The notes: a model not told the origin generated them from the letters alone. A DNA stretch of 64,000 nucleotides from an uncultured cyanobacterium (GCA_963793265.1 CAWBZI010000001.1:864001-928000), one strand, 5' to 3'. Shown: positions 20,211 through 30,906, counted from the stretch's first letter. Translations and numbers: made by a program.

Positions 20211-21101
20211 ATGACCAAGTGTCCCGTAAGCGTCGTCATTCCAACCTACAAACGAGCTAACGATCTTCTAGAAGCCTTAAAAGAGATTCGATCGTGCAAT
20301 CCCTGCCCGTCTGAGATCATTGTTCATATTGATGGCGATGACAATACGACAGCGCTAGCAATCGAAGAAAGTTCGCTCAGCGATATTGTGGTTATACACA
20401 GCGGCTCGCAAGTAGGCCCCGGTGGTGGAAGAAATACAGCAATTGCCTGTGCAAAAAATGAGGTTGTCGCCAGTTTTGACGATGATTCTTATCCTATAGA
20501 TAATGATTACTTTGCTCGGCTCCTGCGATTATTTGAGCAATTTCCTAAAGCAGCCGTAATTGGAGCAGCTATTTATCATATTGATGAATCAATCAAACCA
20601 GATGACTTATCTGCGCAGTGGGAACACTCGTTTATAGGCTGTGGCTGCGCCTATCGAAAGTCTGTTTTTCAGTCTGTAAAAGGCTACGTAGCCCTCCCAG
20701 TAGCCTACGGAATGGAGGAAGTTGACTTGGCGCTGCGGCTACACGACGCGGAATGGAAGATTTTGGTAAGTCCCTGGCTGAGAGTTTTTCATAACACGCG
20801 GCTGGCACACCACAGCAGCAAGAAAGTGACCGCTGCGACTATCAGCAATCAAGCGCTGTTAGCGTACTTGCGATATCCGCGATCGCTCTGGTGGATTGGC
20901 ATTGTCCAGTGCGCTAGCAGAATTGTTTGGCTAAGCAAAAACAACAGGTTTAACGGCATCTTTCAAGGGATTGCAAATATTCCAAAAGCTATTATGCAGC
21001 ATCGGTCTTCTCGCTATCCGATTGCTGCTAAAAGCCTTCGATCGTTTCTATTATTAAAGCGACAGGCGATCGCTGCACCGCTTCCTTCTCAATTGCTATG
21101 A
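20211..21101 (+). CDS. Glycosyltransferase family 2
   Basis: VSVVIPTYKR, GPGGGRN, SFDDDS, YGMEEVDL; ATG 20211 just after the upstream stop. Confidence 0.88.
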   Translation: MTKCPVSVVIPTYKRANDLLEALKEIRSCNPCPSEIIVHIDGDDNTTALAIEESSLSDIVVIHSGSQVGPGGGRNTAIACAKNEVVASFDDDSYPIDNDYFARLLRLFEQFPKAAVIGAAIYHIDESIKPDDLSAQWEHSFIGCGCAYRKSVFQSVKGYVALPVAYGMEEVDLALRLHDAEWKILVSPWLRVFHNTRLAHHSSKKVTAATISNQALLAYLRYPRSLWWIGIVQCASRIVWLSKNNRFNGIFQGIANIPKAIMQHRSSRYPIAAKSLRSFLLLKRQAIAAPLPSQLL

Positions 21102-22336
21102 CCTCACCTAATTGGATTTGCTGTCAGCTTGGCGCTCGTGAACATTACGCAGTCCCGAGAGCTTTAGAACAGTCTGGTCAGCTTGCTGCGCTGGTCACAG
21201 ATGCGTGGGTTCCGCCTCAGTCGATGCTGAATAGATTGCCTCAGCCGACTTTGAGGGGTTTGCGCGATCGCTACCATCCTGACTTAGCAAAGACCCCAGT
21301 GAAGGCTTTTACACCTGACCTGTTGAAGTTTGAGTTCTTCACTCGGCTAAAAAGGTCACCGTCTAGCTGGGAACAGATGATAGGTCGTAATCAGTGGTTT
21401 CAAAAGAAAGCTGTGCGATCGCTCAAGGTGATAGATACTCACATAGAAAAGGATCAGCGTCCCGTTCTATTCGTATATAGCTACGCAGCACTGCACCTGC
21501 TGGAATTTGCAAAGCAGGCAGGATGGATAACAGTACTCGGGCAAATTGATCCAGGCGTTTTAGAAGAGCAAATTGTTATACAGGAATACGAGAAGCATTC
21601 GGACTTAGCAACAGGTTGGCAGAAGATACCCTCTGACTATTGGGAAAGGTGGCAAAAAGAATGTGAGCTAGCAGATCATATCGTTGTCAACTCTAAATGG
21701 TCAAAGCATCTATTGCAAAAAGCGAATGTCTGTTCAGACAAAATTGAAGTAGTTCCTCTCGTGTATCAACCCCCTCAGAACGTGAAGATATTTGAACGAA
21801 CTTATCCTGTGCAGTTTACGAGCGATCGCCCGCTGAGAGTACTGTTTTTAGGGCTAGTGACCTTGCGCAAAGGAATCGCAGCGATTTTAGAAGCGGTACA
21901 GAAGCTTACTGGCGAACCCGTGGAATTTTGGATAGTAGGCCCCGTTCAAGTAGAGATCTCTGAAGCGCTCAAGAATCATCCGCAGGTGAATTGGACTGGG
22001 GCCGTACCTCGCAGCCACACAGCTAACTACTACCGTCAGGCTGACGTATTCTTATTTCCAACATTATCTGATGGATTTGGGCTTACTCAGTTAGAAGCAC
22101 AGTCCTGGCAGCTTCCGATAATTGCTTCGCCTAACTGTGGGGAAGTGGTAGAAGATAGCAAAAACGGGCTTATTCTATCGGAAGTAACCTCTACGGAGAT
22201 TGCCAAAGCTATCACCTATTGCTACCAAAACCCGAAGCAGCTATCGCAGCAATCTCGACAGGCGGTTATAGCAGATCGATTTCAAATAAGCAGCTTACCA
22301 AAGCACCTTCAACAGGTTGTCAACAATCATTATTAG
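21098..22336 (+). CDS. Glycosyltransferase family 4
   Basis: LFLGLVTLRKG, FLFPTLSDGFGLTQLEA; ATGA overlap with the previous gene. Confidence 0.88.
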   Translation: MTSPNWICCQLGAREHYAVPRALEQSGQLAALVTDAWVPPQSMLNRLPQPTLRGLRDRYHPDLAKTPVKAFTPDLLKFEFFTRLKRSPSSWEQMIGRNQWFQKKAVRSLKVIDTHIEKDQRPVLFVYSYAALHLLEFAKQAGWITVLGQIDPGVLEEQIVIQEYEKHSDLATGWQKIPSDYWERWQKECELADHIVVNSKWSKHLLQKANVCSDKIEVVPLVYQPPQNVKIFERTYPVQFTSDRPLRVLFLGLVTLRKGIAAILEAVQKLTGEPVEFWIVGPVQVEISEALKNHPQVNWTGAVPRSHTANYYRQADVFLFPTLSDGFGLTQLEAQSWQLPIIASPNCGEVVEDSKNGLILSEVTSTEIAKAITYCYQNPKQLSQQSRQAVIADRFQISSLPKHLQQVVNNHY

Positions 22337-22355
22337 CGCTAAATCATAACGTCTC

Positions 22356-23231
22356 ATGCAGCCTATCAATCGCAATGATTTCGTCATTTTTCTACATATC
22401 CAAAAAACAGGCGGTATCACATTACAAAGGATGCTGAGGCGTCGGCTAGGAAAATCTATGTCTGCTCGAACCGCTGCGCTATTTACACACAAGAAACAGC
22501 CGCCAACTCTTGAGCAGCAGCTTCAGCAGAAAGGAAAAACAGATCGCTATGCAGTAGGTCACTTTTGCTATGGCGTTCATCGTTTTCTGCCTCAGCCATT
22601 TACATATATGACTTTCTTGCGAGAACCAGTTGCTAGAATCATTTCTCTATACAACTATTCTAAAACAAATTCAACAGCTTATTACCACCCCCAAGCTCTC
22701 AATCAATCTTTAGAAGAGTTTGCGCTGGAGACACAGTTAATGGAACTGGACAACGGCCAAACTCGCTTCATTGCAGGCGATTCCGAAGATTGTTTTATTA
22801 ATCGGACGCAGATAGGAAAGTGCAGTCAAACGCTGCTTGAAACAGCAAAACAAAATATAGAAGCTCACTTCTCTTTTGTTGGGTTAACAGACTACTTTGA
22901 CCACTCTGTTTTACTACTTCAGAAAATGATGGGTTGGGAGAGTGCACTGTACCTGCGACGAAACTCCACCAGTGTTAAAACCAGGGACTTTGTATCAGAA
23001 GACGTGAAACGAAAAATAGCCGAGCGAAACTTTCTTGACGTAGCGCTTTACAGGCACGCAGAAAACCTACTTATAGGACAGTTGGAAAGCTACGGTTTAC
23101 AGGATGGTTCGGCAAGCCTGGAAAGCTTTAGACGAGAAAATACAAAGTTCAACGCAAGAATTGGCCCTCTGTATACCGCATATAGCCAAGCGAAAGCGAT
23201 CGCGCGCGGACAAATAGATCGTCCTGCTTAA
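22356..23231 (+). CDS. Sulfotransferase (family 2-like)
   Basis: FLHIQKTGG, GHF, TFLREPVARIIS, FVGLTD, N.LD..LY. Confidence 0.85.
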   Translation: MQPINRNDFVIFLHIQKTGGITLQRMLRRRLGKSMSARTAALFTHKKQPPTLEQQLQQKGKTDRYAVGHFCYGVHRFLPQPFTYMTFLREPVARIISLYNYSKTNSTAYYHPQALNQSLEEFALETQLMELDNGQTRFIAGDSEDCFINRTQIGKCSQTLLETAKQNIEAHFSFVGLTDYFDHSVLLLQKMMGWESALYLRRNSTSVKTRDFVSEDVKRKIAERNFLDVALYRHAENLLIGQLESYGLQDGSASLESFRRENTKFNARIGPLYTAYSQAKAIARGQIDRPA

Positions 23232-23263
23232 AGCAAAATGCATAAATATACAGGTATAGCAAG

Positions 23264-24523
23264 ATGAAAGTTTTGTTCTTAGCATCGTACTTCCCCAAAC
23301 CCGACAATGATGTAATGGGTACGTGGGCACTTAGCCAAGCCCAAGCCCTAGTTAGGCAGGGCGTTGATTTACAGGTAATCTCTTTTACGTCAGTGCTACC
23401 GCAGTGGATAGCTCTCTCAGAAGGTGCGAAAGCCTATGCTAACTGTCCAGAAGAATACTGCTGGCCAGGCGGCGTAAATGTGCAATATCCTCGCTGGCTC
23501 TACTATCCAATTGCGCCACTTAAAGAACCTGCCTACAGAAACCCCTATTTTTATATGAAGATGGCCTGGATGTCTGCAAAGGGACAGCTCACCAAGGCTA
23601 TTCGGGCATACAAGCCAGACGTTATCTTTTGTCATCACAGCCTACCAAACGGTTGGCTAGCAGCTCAGTCAGAGGAGGTTAAACCTATTCCTCTGATTGT
23701 ATTAGAACATGACTACGACGAGATTTCTGACTGCCATCGCTACCCGCGTCGCAAAGAGATTATGCAACAAGTTGCACAGCAAGCCGATCGGATGCTAGGC
23801 GTTTCTTGTCGAATGGAAGAAGATATTAGACAGCTTTTTCCGCAAGCTTCTACAGCTACACTGCACAATGGCGTTACCCTTCCGCCTGCTGAGGTAAAAG
23901 ATCGTCCCCGACCTGTTGAGCTAGCTGATCGCAAAATTGTTCTAACCTGTGCGTTATTTGCTGAGCGAAAAGGCATTCCATTATTGATTGAAGCGTTTCA
24001 TAAAATTGCTCACAGGCATCCTAAAGCGTTGGTACGAATTGCAGGTGCCGGGCCAGATTGGGAGAAGATAGAACAGACTATTAAGCGATTGAAGATGCAG
24101 TCGCAAGTTCAGCTACTAGGAAGGCTACCTCATAGGCAAGTTTTACAAGAGATGGCTTGGTCAGATTGTTTTGCGCTGGTGGGGTGGGATGAACCTTTTG
24201 CGACCGTGTATTTAGAGGCTATGGCTGCGGGAAAGCCTATTGTTTGCTGTAGCGACGGTGGGATTACGGACGTTGTTGAAGATAACGTTCATGGCTGTGT
24301 CGTATTGCCGAAAGATGTAGATGCTGCGGCTGCGGCCTTAGACCATTTGCTAAGCGATGAAGTGAGCCGGGCTCGGATGGGAAAGAATGCTCGTCAGTTG
24401 ATTGAAGACTATTTGAGCTGGGATGCGAAAGCAGCCGAACTTATTCAGCTCTTTGAAAAGACGCTTCAGCAAAGAAAAGAGCGCTCTATAGTGTCTCAAA
24501 AAGAAGTGCCTCAGGTAGCTTAA
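23264..24523 (+). CDS. Glycosyltransferase family 4
   Basis: ERKG, EPFATVYLEAMAAGKPIV. Confidence 0.9.
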   Translation: MKVLFLASYFPKPDNDVMGTWALSQAQALVRQGVDLQVISFTSVLPQWIALSEGAKAYANCPEEYCWPGGVNVQYPRWLYYPIAPLKEPAYRNPYFYMKMAWMSAKGQLTKAIRAYKPDVIFCHHSLPNGWLAAQSEEVKPIPLIVLEHDYDEISDCHRYPRRKEIMQQVAQQADRMLGVSCRMEEDIRQLFPQASTATLHNGVTLPPAEVKDRPRPVELADRKIVLTCALFAERKGIPLLIEAFHKIAHRHPKALVRIAGAGPDWEKIEQTIKRLKMQSQVQLLGRLPHRQVLQEMAWSDCFALVGWDEPFATVYLEAMAAGKPIVCCSDGGITDVVEDNVHGCVVLPKDVDAAAAALDHLLSDEVSRARMGKNARQLIEDYLSWDAKAAELIQLFEKTLQQRKERSIVSQKEVPQVA

Positions 24524-24528
24524 GCACG

Positions 24529-25956
24529 ATGGACTATTCAAACAACAAGCACCTACATTCACCAGATGCCTATCAGCCAATGTCGCGAGAGTATTTGCCT
24601 CCGGCTCCTAGCGCTGAGGGAACAATGTGCTTTCTAGGCGGGATTGCGATCGCCTACGTCCGATATTCATCTGAGCAGTCAGTAGTTGAGATGGCTAGTG
24701 TGGCGGCAACCTGCGTAGGCATTGGCCTACTGCTGAGCATTTTGCTAGATGCCGCTCAAGGGATACGTAACTTATTTCGCACCGATATACTCTGTTTAAT
24801 CGCTATTTACGGGCTCACGCTAGCGGAATTTCTGTTTCCGCAGGAAGATTTCGTCAAGATGGCGACCTACGAGCAAACTAAGTTAGCGCTTAGCATCGTA
24901 ATGGTAGGGATGGGAGCCTTAGCGCTTGGGCGTCATTTAGTAACGCCAAAACCCGTTTCTTCGCCATGGTTAATGCTAGACGATTTATCTAGTAAAATGC
25001 TGTTTAGAGTTTTTATCTTCGCAGCACTGTTGAGCTATCTCAATAAGCTCATGTCTGTTAATTTCAATTTATTTGAAATGATAGAGGCTATGATGGGGGC
25101 CCGATTCTCAGAGCCATGGTCAAGAGGACGATTAGGCGGATGGAGTAGCCTGCTGACGGAGCTAGCGCTGATGGTATATGTTCTGCCGCCGCTAGCAGCA
25201 GTCGTTTGGAATCGTCGCCGAGCCTTCTCTTCTTTTCAAGTCTTTATCGTAGTTTCTGTGTTCGCACTTACCTTGTTTCAGGGGTTTGCAGGCGGTACTC
25301 GCAATATTTTTATCTCCTACATTGCAACTTTCATAATGGGCTATATCCTAACGCTTCCTAGAAACACGCTAGCAAACACAGTTTTGCCAATTGTGTTAGC
25401 AGGCTTCGTAGCAATGTACGGCTCTTACCACATGCTTGAGTTTAGAAATATTGGGCTGCGAAATTATGTAGAGCAGCAGAGATATAAAAGCGAGGGCAAT
25501 CCTGATACGTTTGCGGTGGACTACAACCTGGCTTCTTTGGGTTGGGTGGCTGAAGCGATGCCGCAAAACTACGATTTTTTGGGTGTTGAGGTGCTAACTT
25601 GGTCGCTGGTTCGACCTGTGCCTAGAGCGCTGTGGCCGGGTAAGCCGGAAGGGTTGAGTGTAAGCATTGAGGAGATAGCAGGGGCAGATGGGTGGACGGT
25701 CGCCGCTACCTATTTGGGTGAAAGCTATATGATGGCGGGCATGTTTGGGGTGGTGGCGATGTCTTTGCTGTTTGGGGCGATCGCGGCCTGGTGGAATCGG
25801 ATGGCAATGCGGCAGCAGTCAGACTACGCGCTGGTGGTATACGCGCTGGGGTTTTTCGCCGCTGGGATCACGATGAGAAGCATGTTTTGGTTCACGACGA
25901 CGATTTTGCCAGTAGTGGCGCTCATTGTGCTTAGAAAGATGAGTCCTGCTAGATAG
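24529..25956 (+). CDS. Wzy-like polysaccharide polymerase
   Basis: Many predicted TMs, GGTR motif, large loop with RPVPRALWPGKP, YLGESYMMAG; EPS context. Confidence 0.68.
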   Translation: MDYSNNKHLHSPDAYQPMSREYLPPAPSAEGTMCFLGGIAIAYVRYSSEQSVVEMASVAATCVGIGLLLSILLDAAQGIRNLFRTDILCLIAIYGLTLAEFLFPQEDFVKMATYEQTKLALSIVMVGMGALALGRHLVTPKPVSSPWLMLDDLSSKMLFRVFIFAALLSYLNKLMSVNFNLFEMIEAMMGARFSEPWSRGRLGGWSSLLTELALMVYVLPPLAAVVWNRRRAFSSFQVFIVVSVFALTLFQGFAGGTRNIFISYIATFIMGYILTLPRNTLANTVLPIVLAGFVAMYGSYHMLEFRNIGLRNYVEQQRYKSEGNPDTFAVDYNLASLGWVAEAMPQNYDFLGVEVLTWSLVRPVPRALWPGKPEGLSVSIEEIAGADGWTVAATYLGESYMMAGMFGVVAMSLLFGAIAAWWNRMAMRQQSDYALVVYALGFFAAGITMRSMFWFTTTILPVVALIVLRKMSPAR

Positions 25957-25986
25957 ACGTTCTGTTGTATAGATTCTGCTAATGTT

Positions 25987-27204
25987 ATGCATATCACTAT
26001 TATTTTTGGCCACATTGGCAACTACCACATTGCAAGACTGCGGGCCGCTAGCCGCTTTTGCAAAGAGAATGGCTGGCAGCTCACGGCGGTTCAATCGACT
26101 GACCAAACAAAAGAGCATCCCTGGGGCGATCTGTTAGAGATAAAGGAGTTTTCTTTGAAGACGCTGGTACCGGCAAAGTCTAGTGATGAACCGGGTACGC
26201 ATCCCGACTCGCCAGAAGCCGTTGCGGCTTTGCTGCCCTGTTTGGAAGAGATTAAACCCGATGTATTAGTGATTCCGGGCTGGGGCTTTCCCGTGTCGCG
26301 GGCGGCGCTGCGCTGGTGCAAGCAGCATGATGTGCCTGCTATTTTGATGAGCGAGAGCAAGCGGGATGATGAGAAGAGGAGCTGGTGGAAGGAAAAGCTG
26401 AAGTCATTACTGTATGTTCGGCAGTATGCGACGGCGCTGGTAGGGGGGCCTGCTCATCGTGACTATTTGGTGGAGTTGGGGGTGCCGAGCGATCGCATAT
26501 TTTATGGCTACGATGCCGTTGATAATGATTACTTTGCTAGGAAGAGTGCGATCGCTAAACAGAATCCTCAAAAAGTTCGCAAACAGGAGTCTAAGATTCC
26601 AACCAAACCCTTCTTTTTAGCCGTCACCCGATTAATTCCTCGTAAAAATGTAGCTCGCTTAATTGGAGCGTTTGCAGCCTATCGTGAGCAAGTAGGCGAT
26701 CAGAATGCTTGGGATTTAGTGATTTGTGGTAGTGGTAGCGAAAAGGATAACGTTCAGCAGTTGATCGCTGAAAGAGGCTTACGTGAGGCAGTTCACCTAC
26801 CTGGATTTTTGACCTATGAGCAGATCGCGAACTGGTATGGCCTAGCGGGCGCTTTTGTTCATCCAGCGTTTGCTGAACAGTGGGGCCTAGTCATTAATGA
26901 AGCCTGCGCGGCTGGGTTACCTATTTTGTGCAGTGATACGGTTGGAGCCTGTAGCAGCCTCGTGAAAGACGGGAGGAATGGATTTTCTTTTGACCCACAG
27001 CAAACGGCTGAGATAGCTCAAGCGCTGGTGAGTATTCATGAGATGAGTGAGGGTGATCGCATCCAAATGGGACAAATCAGCCAAAAACTCGTAGCACAAT
27101 TCAGCTCTGATCAGTTCGGTGAGGGCTTATTTAACGCGATTAATACAGCGCTAGCAACACGCTCTAAAGGTCAGGCCAAAAAACAGCTAGCTAGCAAAAA
27201 ATAG
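25987..27204 (+). CDS. Glycosyltransferase family 4
   Basis: RLIPRKN, EQWGLVINEACAAGLP. Confidence 0.9.
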   Translation: MHITIIFGHIGNYHIARLRAASRFCKENGWQLTAVQSTDQTKEHPWGDLLEIKEFSLKTLVPAKSSDEPGTHPDSPEAVAALLPCLEEIKPDVLVIPGWGFPVSRAALRWCKQHDVPAILMSESKRDDEKRSWWKEKLKSLLYVRQYATALVGGPAHRDYLVELGVPSDRIFYGYDAVDNDYFARKSAIAKQNPQKVRKQESKIPTKPFFLAVTRLIPRKNVARLIGAFAAYREQVGDQNAWDLVICGSGSEKDNVQQLIAERGLREAVHLPGFLTYEQIANWYGLAGAFVHPAFAEQWGLVINEACAAGLPILCSDTVGACSSLVKDGRNGFSFDPQQTAEIAQALVSIHEMSEGDRIQMGQISQKLVAQFSSDQFGEGLFNAINTALATRSKGQAKKQLASKK

Positions 27205-27301
27205 ACGAGCCATATCGGCAAACAAAAAACATCTCAATAAAGGTACATTTGCCAAAGCCTAGGATTCTGTTATTGATACAGCAGATGTCAATAACAGGGC
27301 T

Positions 27302-28741
27302 ATGGTTTCTACGGCGCTTACATTTGTTGCTTTTGTAATACTATTCACGGTCGTTGGGCTTTATTCAGCCACCCAAAAACAAGACACAACGGCTGATTAT
27401 TTACTAGCAGGTAGGACGGTGAATCCGTGGCTAGTCGCTTTATCAGCGCTATCTACCGGACAAAGCGGTTTTTTGTTCACTGCTCAGGTCGGCTACGCCT
27501 ACACCCAAGGCATTTCATCAATTTGGTTGGCGATTGGCTGGGCGATTGGAGACTATTTGTCCTGGCTGCTGGTATTTAAGCAGTTGCGAGAGACTTCTGA
27601 GGCGTCTAATTCGGAGACGGTGCCAAACTTTTTGGCGCAGCGTCAGCCGGGACACCGATGGATTTCTGCGGTGTCGGCGCTGATCACAATTTTCTTTTTA
27701 GGCGCTTATGCAGCGGCGCAACTGTTGGCAGGGAGTAAAGCACTGACCAGTATTTTCGGCTGGAATTACACCTGGGGCATTATTATTGGCGCGGTAATCG
27801 TGGTCGCTTACTGCTTCTCGGGCGGCATTCGCGCTTCGATTTGGACAGACGCGGTGCAGACAGTTGTCATGATTGGGGCTTTGCTACTGCTGCTGGTAGT
27901 TGTGATTGATGCGGGATCTGGCGTCGGCAATATTTTTGCTGAGCTAGATAACGCGGACGAGGGACTGGTTGCTTTATTTCCGGCTGACTTGGGATGGGGC
28001 TTTTTCCCATTCTTTATCGGCTGGCTAGTAGCAGGATTTGGGGCAGTCGGACAGCCGCATATTCTAGTGCGCGCGATGGCGATTGATTCTGCTGACAATA
28101 TGGGTAAAGCCAGAGACATTAGGACAGTTTGTGGCCTAGTAACGGCTTTTGCAGCAATCTTTATTGGCTTAGCGGGCCGAGTTTTAGCGCCTGAGCTAGC
28201 CGACCCTGAGCTGGCTTTACTGACGCTATCCGGCGATTTGTTACCGGGGGTTTTAGTCGGCGTAATGCTGGCAGGGTTGTTCGCAGCGACTATCTCAACG
28301 GCAGATTCACAAATTCTCTCTTGTTCGGCGGCGCTTACTCAGGATTTGTTTCCTGGCATGGCTAAATCTTACCGGCTGGCAAAAGTAGGGACTTTGGTGG
28401 TGACGGCGATTGTGTTAGCGATCGCACTAGCAAACAACGACAGCGTGTTCAGCCTAATCACCTTCGCCTGGTCGATCTTAGCCTCAGGGCTAGGGGTGCT
28501 GTTAGTGCTAAGAGCCTGGCAAAAGCCGGTGCCTACAGTGACAGCAATTTTGATGATGGTAGTTGGCGTTGCTGTGGCCATTAGGTGGAGACAGATTGGG
28601 CTATCTGGGAATATGTACGAGGTACTACCCGGTATGGCTGCTGGTCTGTTGGTATATCTTATTTCTCTTCTAGTGCTGCGGATGATAGGACAGAAGCCAA
28701 CCTCGACAGAGACAAAACAAAAGGTCGGTGAGCCAAATTAA
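27302..28741 (+). CDS. putP: Sodium:solute (proline-type) symporter
   Basis: DYLLAGR, GGIRASIWTDAVQ, GQPHILVR, AATISTADSQ; multi-TM. Substrate inferred. Confidence 0.8.
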   Translation: MVSTALTFVAFVILFTVVGLYSATQKQDTTADYLLAGRTVNPWLVALSALSTGQSGFLFTAQVGYAYTQGISSIWLAIGWAIGDYLSWLLVFKQLRETSEASNSETVPNFLAQRQPGHRWISAVSALITIFFLGAYAAAQLLAGSKALTSIFGWNYTWGIIIGAVIVVAYCFSGGIRASIWTDAVQTVVMIGALLLLLVVVIDAGSGVGNIFAELDNADEGLVALFPADLGWGFFPFFIGWLVAGFGAVGQPHILVRAMAIDSADNMGKARDIRTVCGLVTAFAAIFIGLAGRVLAPELADPELALLTLSGDLLPGVLVGVMLAGLFAATISTADSQILSCSAALTQDLFPGMAKSYRLAKVGTLVVTAIVLAIALANNDSVFSLITFAWSILASGLGVLLVLRAWQKPVPTVTAILMMVVGVAVAIRWRQIGLSGNMYEVLPGMAAGLLVYLISLLVLRMIGQKPTSTETKQKVGEPN

Positions 28742-28806
28742 CGTTGCTTACGATGATCTTGAACACGATGGATGATGCCATCAAACTAAATTAGTTCACT
28801 TAAGAC

Positions 28807-30246
28807 TCAACCCTTTTGTTCTTTGTATCGAGCCTTAAACTCGGCCTGCCTTTGCTTATGCTCGACAATGCGTGTAGGGTATCCAGTGCCCTCTAAAGCC
28901 TGCTCGGGGATATTGCCAGTAATTAATACGCCAGTATCAAGGTGGCGAATTTCAGGAATCCATTCGCGAATATATTCAGCGTCAGGGTCGTACTTTTTTG
29001 CCTGACTGGCCGGATTAAAAATGCGTAGAGGCTTTGGATCCATCCCGCTAGAGGCGCTCCACTGCCAGCCGCCATTGTTGGCCGAAAGATCGCCGTCGTA
29101 CAGCTTTTGCAGAAAATACTTTTCGCCCCACTGCCAATCGATAATCAAGTCTTTGGTTAAAAAGCTGGCGACGATCATGCGGCAGCGGTTGTGCATCCAG
29201 CCCGTTGTATTAAGCTGGCGCATGGCCGCATCGACAATAGGATAGCCGGTTTTGCCTTCGCACCAGGCTTGAAAGTGGTCTTCGTTGTTGTCCCAAGGAA
29301 AGTTTTTGAAGTGATCGCGGTAGGGGCCGTCGGCTAGCTGAGGAAAGAAGTACATAACGCCCTGATAAAATTCGCGCCAGGCGAGTTCTTGCTGCCAGGT
29401 GCGAATGTTGCTATGCGTTTCTTCACTGCGGGCGCGGCTGTAGGCTTCGTCGGCAGCTTGCCAAACGGTACGAATGCCGATGGTGCCAAACTTCAGCGCA
29501 GCGCTGAGAGTAGAAGTACCGGGGATGGCGGGAAAGTCGCGCTGTTCGTCGTATTCAGCGATCGCCCTTTGGTCGTCACAAAATTCTTCTAGCTTTTCTA
29601 AAGCCGCCGCCTCTCCAGGTGCCAGCAACAGCTCATTTTCCCACTCGTAGCCCAGCTCAGCAGCAGTAGGCAATTCAATATTACCCGCCTTATTCGCGGC
29701 TGCTTTTTCGTGAGTGCTCAAGCCTTTGGCCTCAGAGAAATTGCCTACGGGCCCGTGCTTTTCATGCTGGATCCAGTTGCGCCAGAAGGGGCTATACACT
29801 TTGTAAGGGTCGCCACTGCCTGTTTTGATCGTGTGTGGATCGTGCATAAGCTGATCCCAAAACTTAGTGTGCATCTCAATCCCTTTGTCTTTAAGGGCGT
29901 GAGCTACATCGCTATCGCGCTGACGAGAATAGGGTTCTACATCACGGTTCCAATACACTGCGGTCGCTTCGAGTGCGCTGGCAAGTTTAGGAATAGCTTC
30001 TTCGGGATTGCCCTTGAGAATAAGCAGTTCGCTGCCTGCGGATTTGTAGCTTTCCTGTAGGGCTTCGAGCGAGCCAATCATGTAAGTGACGCGGGCTGAC
30101 GCGATGTCGTCGCCGTCTAGGATGCCAGGATCTAAGCAAAAAACGCCGATGACTTTTGGCGTGCGATCGCGCGCAGCCATCAGCCCTAAGTTATCTCGAA
30201 TTCGTAAATCCCGACGATGCCAAAACAGCACCAACTCATCAGCCAT
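28807..30246 (-). CDS. phrA: CPD DNA photolyase
   Basis: [54 protein letters not shown]. Confidence 0.92.
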   Translation of the reverse strand: MADELVLFWHRRDLRIRDNLGLMAARDRTPKVIGVFCLDPGILDGDDIASARVTYMIGSLEALQESYKSAGSELLILKGNPEEAIPKLASALEATAVYWNRDVEPYSRQRDSDVAHALKDKGIEMHTKFWDQLMHDPHTIKTGSGDPYKVYSPFWRNWIQHEKHGPVGNFSEAKGLSTHEKAAANKAGNIELPTAAELGYEWENELLLAPGEAAALEKLEEFCDDQRAIAEYDEQRDFPAIPGTSTLSAALKFGTIGIRTVWQAADEAYSRARSEETHSNIRTWQQELAWREFYQGVMYFFPQLADGPYRDHFKNFPWDNNEDHFQAWCEGKTGYPIVDAAMRQLNTTGWMHNRCRMIVASFLTKDLIIDWQWGEKYFLQKLYDGDLSANNGGWQWSASSGMDPKPLRIFNPASQAKKYDPDAEYIREWIPEIRHLDTGVLITGNIPEQALEGTGYPTRIVEHKQRQAEFKARYKEQKG

Positions 30247-30333
30247 AGCCCAACTTTTCTTGACACATACGGGCCTTAGTATAACGAGTTGGGCTACAGC
30301 TACGCTCAGCCTGCGGTAGTAGGCAAGTCGGGG

Positions 30334-30879
30334 CTACAAATAAGCCTTCGCCATATAAAAGGCCGCAATCGTTTTCGCATCGATGGGTGTGCCGGTCAAG
30401 ATGGCCTGCTCTAGCTCATCGTCGCTCATCAGTACCACTTCAATATCCTCATCTTCGTCTAGCTCAAGTGCTTCATCTAAAGGCTTCAAGTCAGTTGCTA
30501 AATAAGCGTAAATGATCTCGTCAGAATAGCCAGGCGCGTTAGGAAACTCGCCCAATGTTTTCCAAGTTGCGGCCTCGTAGCCAGTTTCTTCTTGAATCTC
30601 TCGCTGAATTGTCCCTAGCGGATCTTCGCCTTTTTCAACCGTGCCCGCTGGGAACTCTAGCAGCCGTCCTTGCATCGCAAATCGATACTGACGAACCAGC
30701 ACAAACTTTCCGTCCGCGGTGACCGGAACCGCCATTGCGCCGCCCGGATGACGAATGCATTCCCAGTCGCCAATCGCACCGTTTGGCAGCTTGATACGAT
30801 TGACATCGAAATTGAACTTGCGGCCTGCGTAAAAGAGTTTTTGCTTAAGCAGTTCGGACGGTTCTTGGCCTAAAGTCAT
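30334..30879 (-). CDS. NUDIX hydrolase (ADP-ribose pyrophosphatase-like)
   Basis: Nudix box AGTVEKGE...REIQEETGY; RQYR. Confidence 0.9.
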   Translation of the reverse strand: MTLGQEPSELLKQKLFYAGRKFNFDVNRIKLPNGAIGDWECIRHPGGAMAVPVTADGKFVLVRQYRFAMQGRLLEFPAGTVEKGEDPLGTIQREIQEETGYEAATWKTLGEFPNAPGYSDEIIYAYLATDLKPLDEALELDEDEDIEVVLMSDDELEQAILTGTPIDAKTIAAFYMAKAYL

Positions 30880-30906
30880 GAGCGCATAGGAGGTAGGTGT
30901 TGAGTT

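Noticed and set aside
27204..28806. attR duplicate of the tRNA-Gly 3' end bounding the glycan locus
   Set aside because: No copy of the tRNA 3' sequence seen and no integrase in the window
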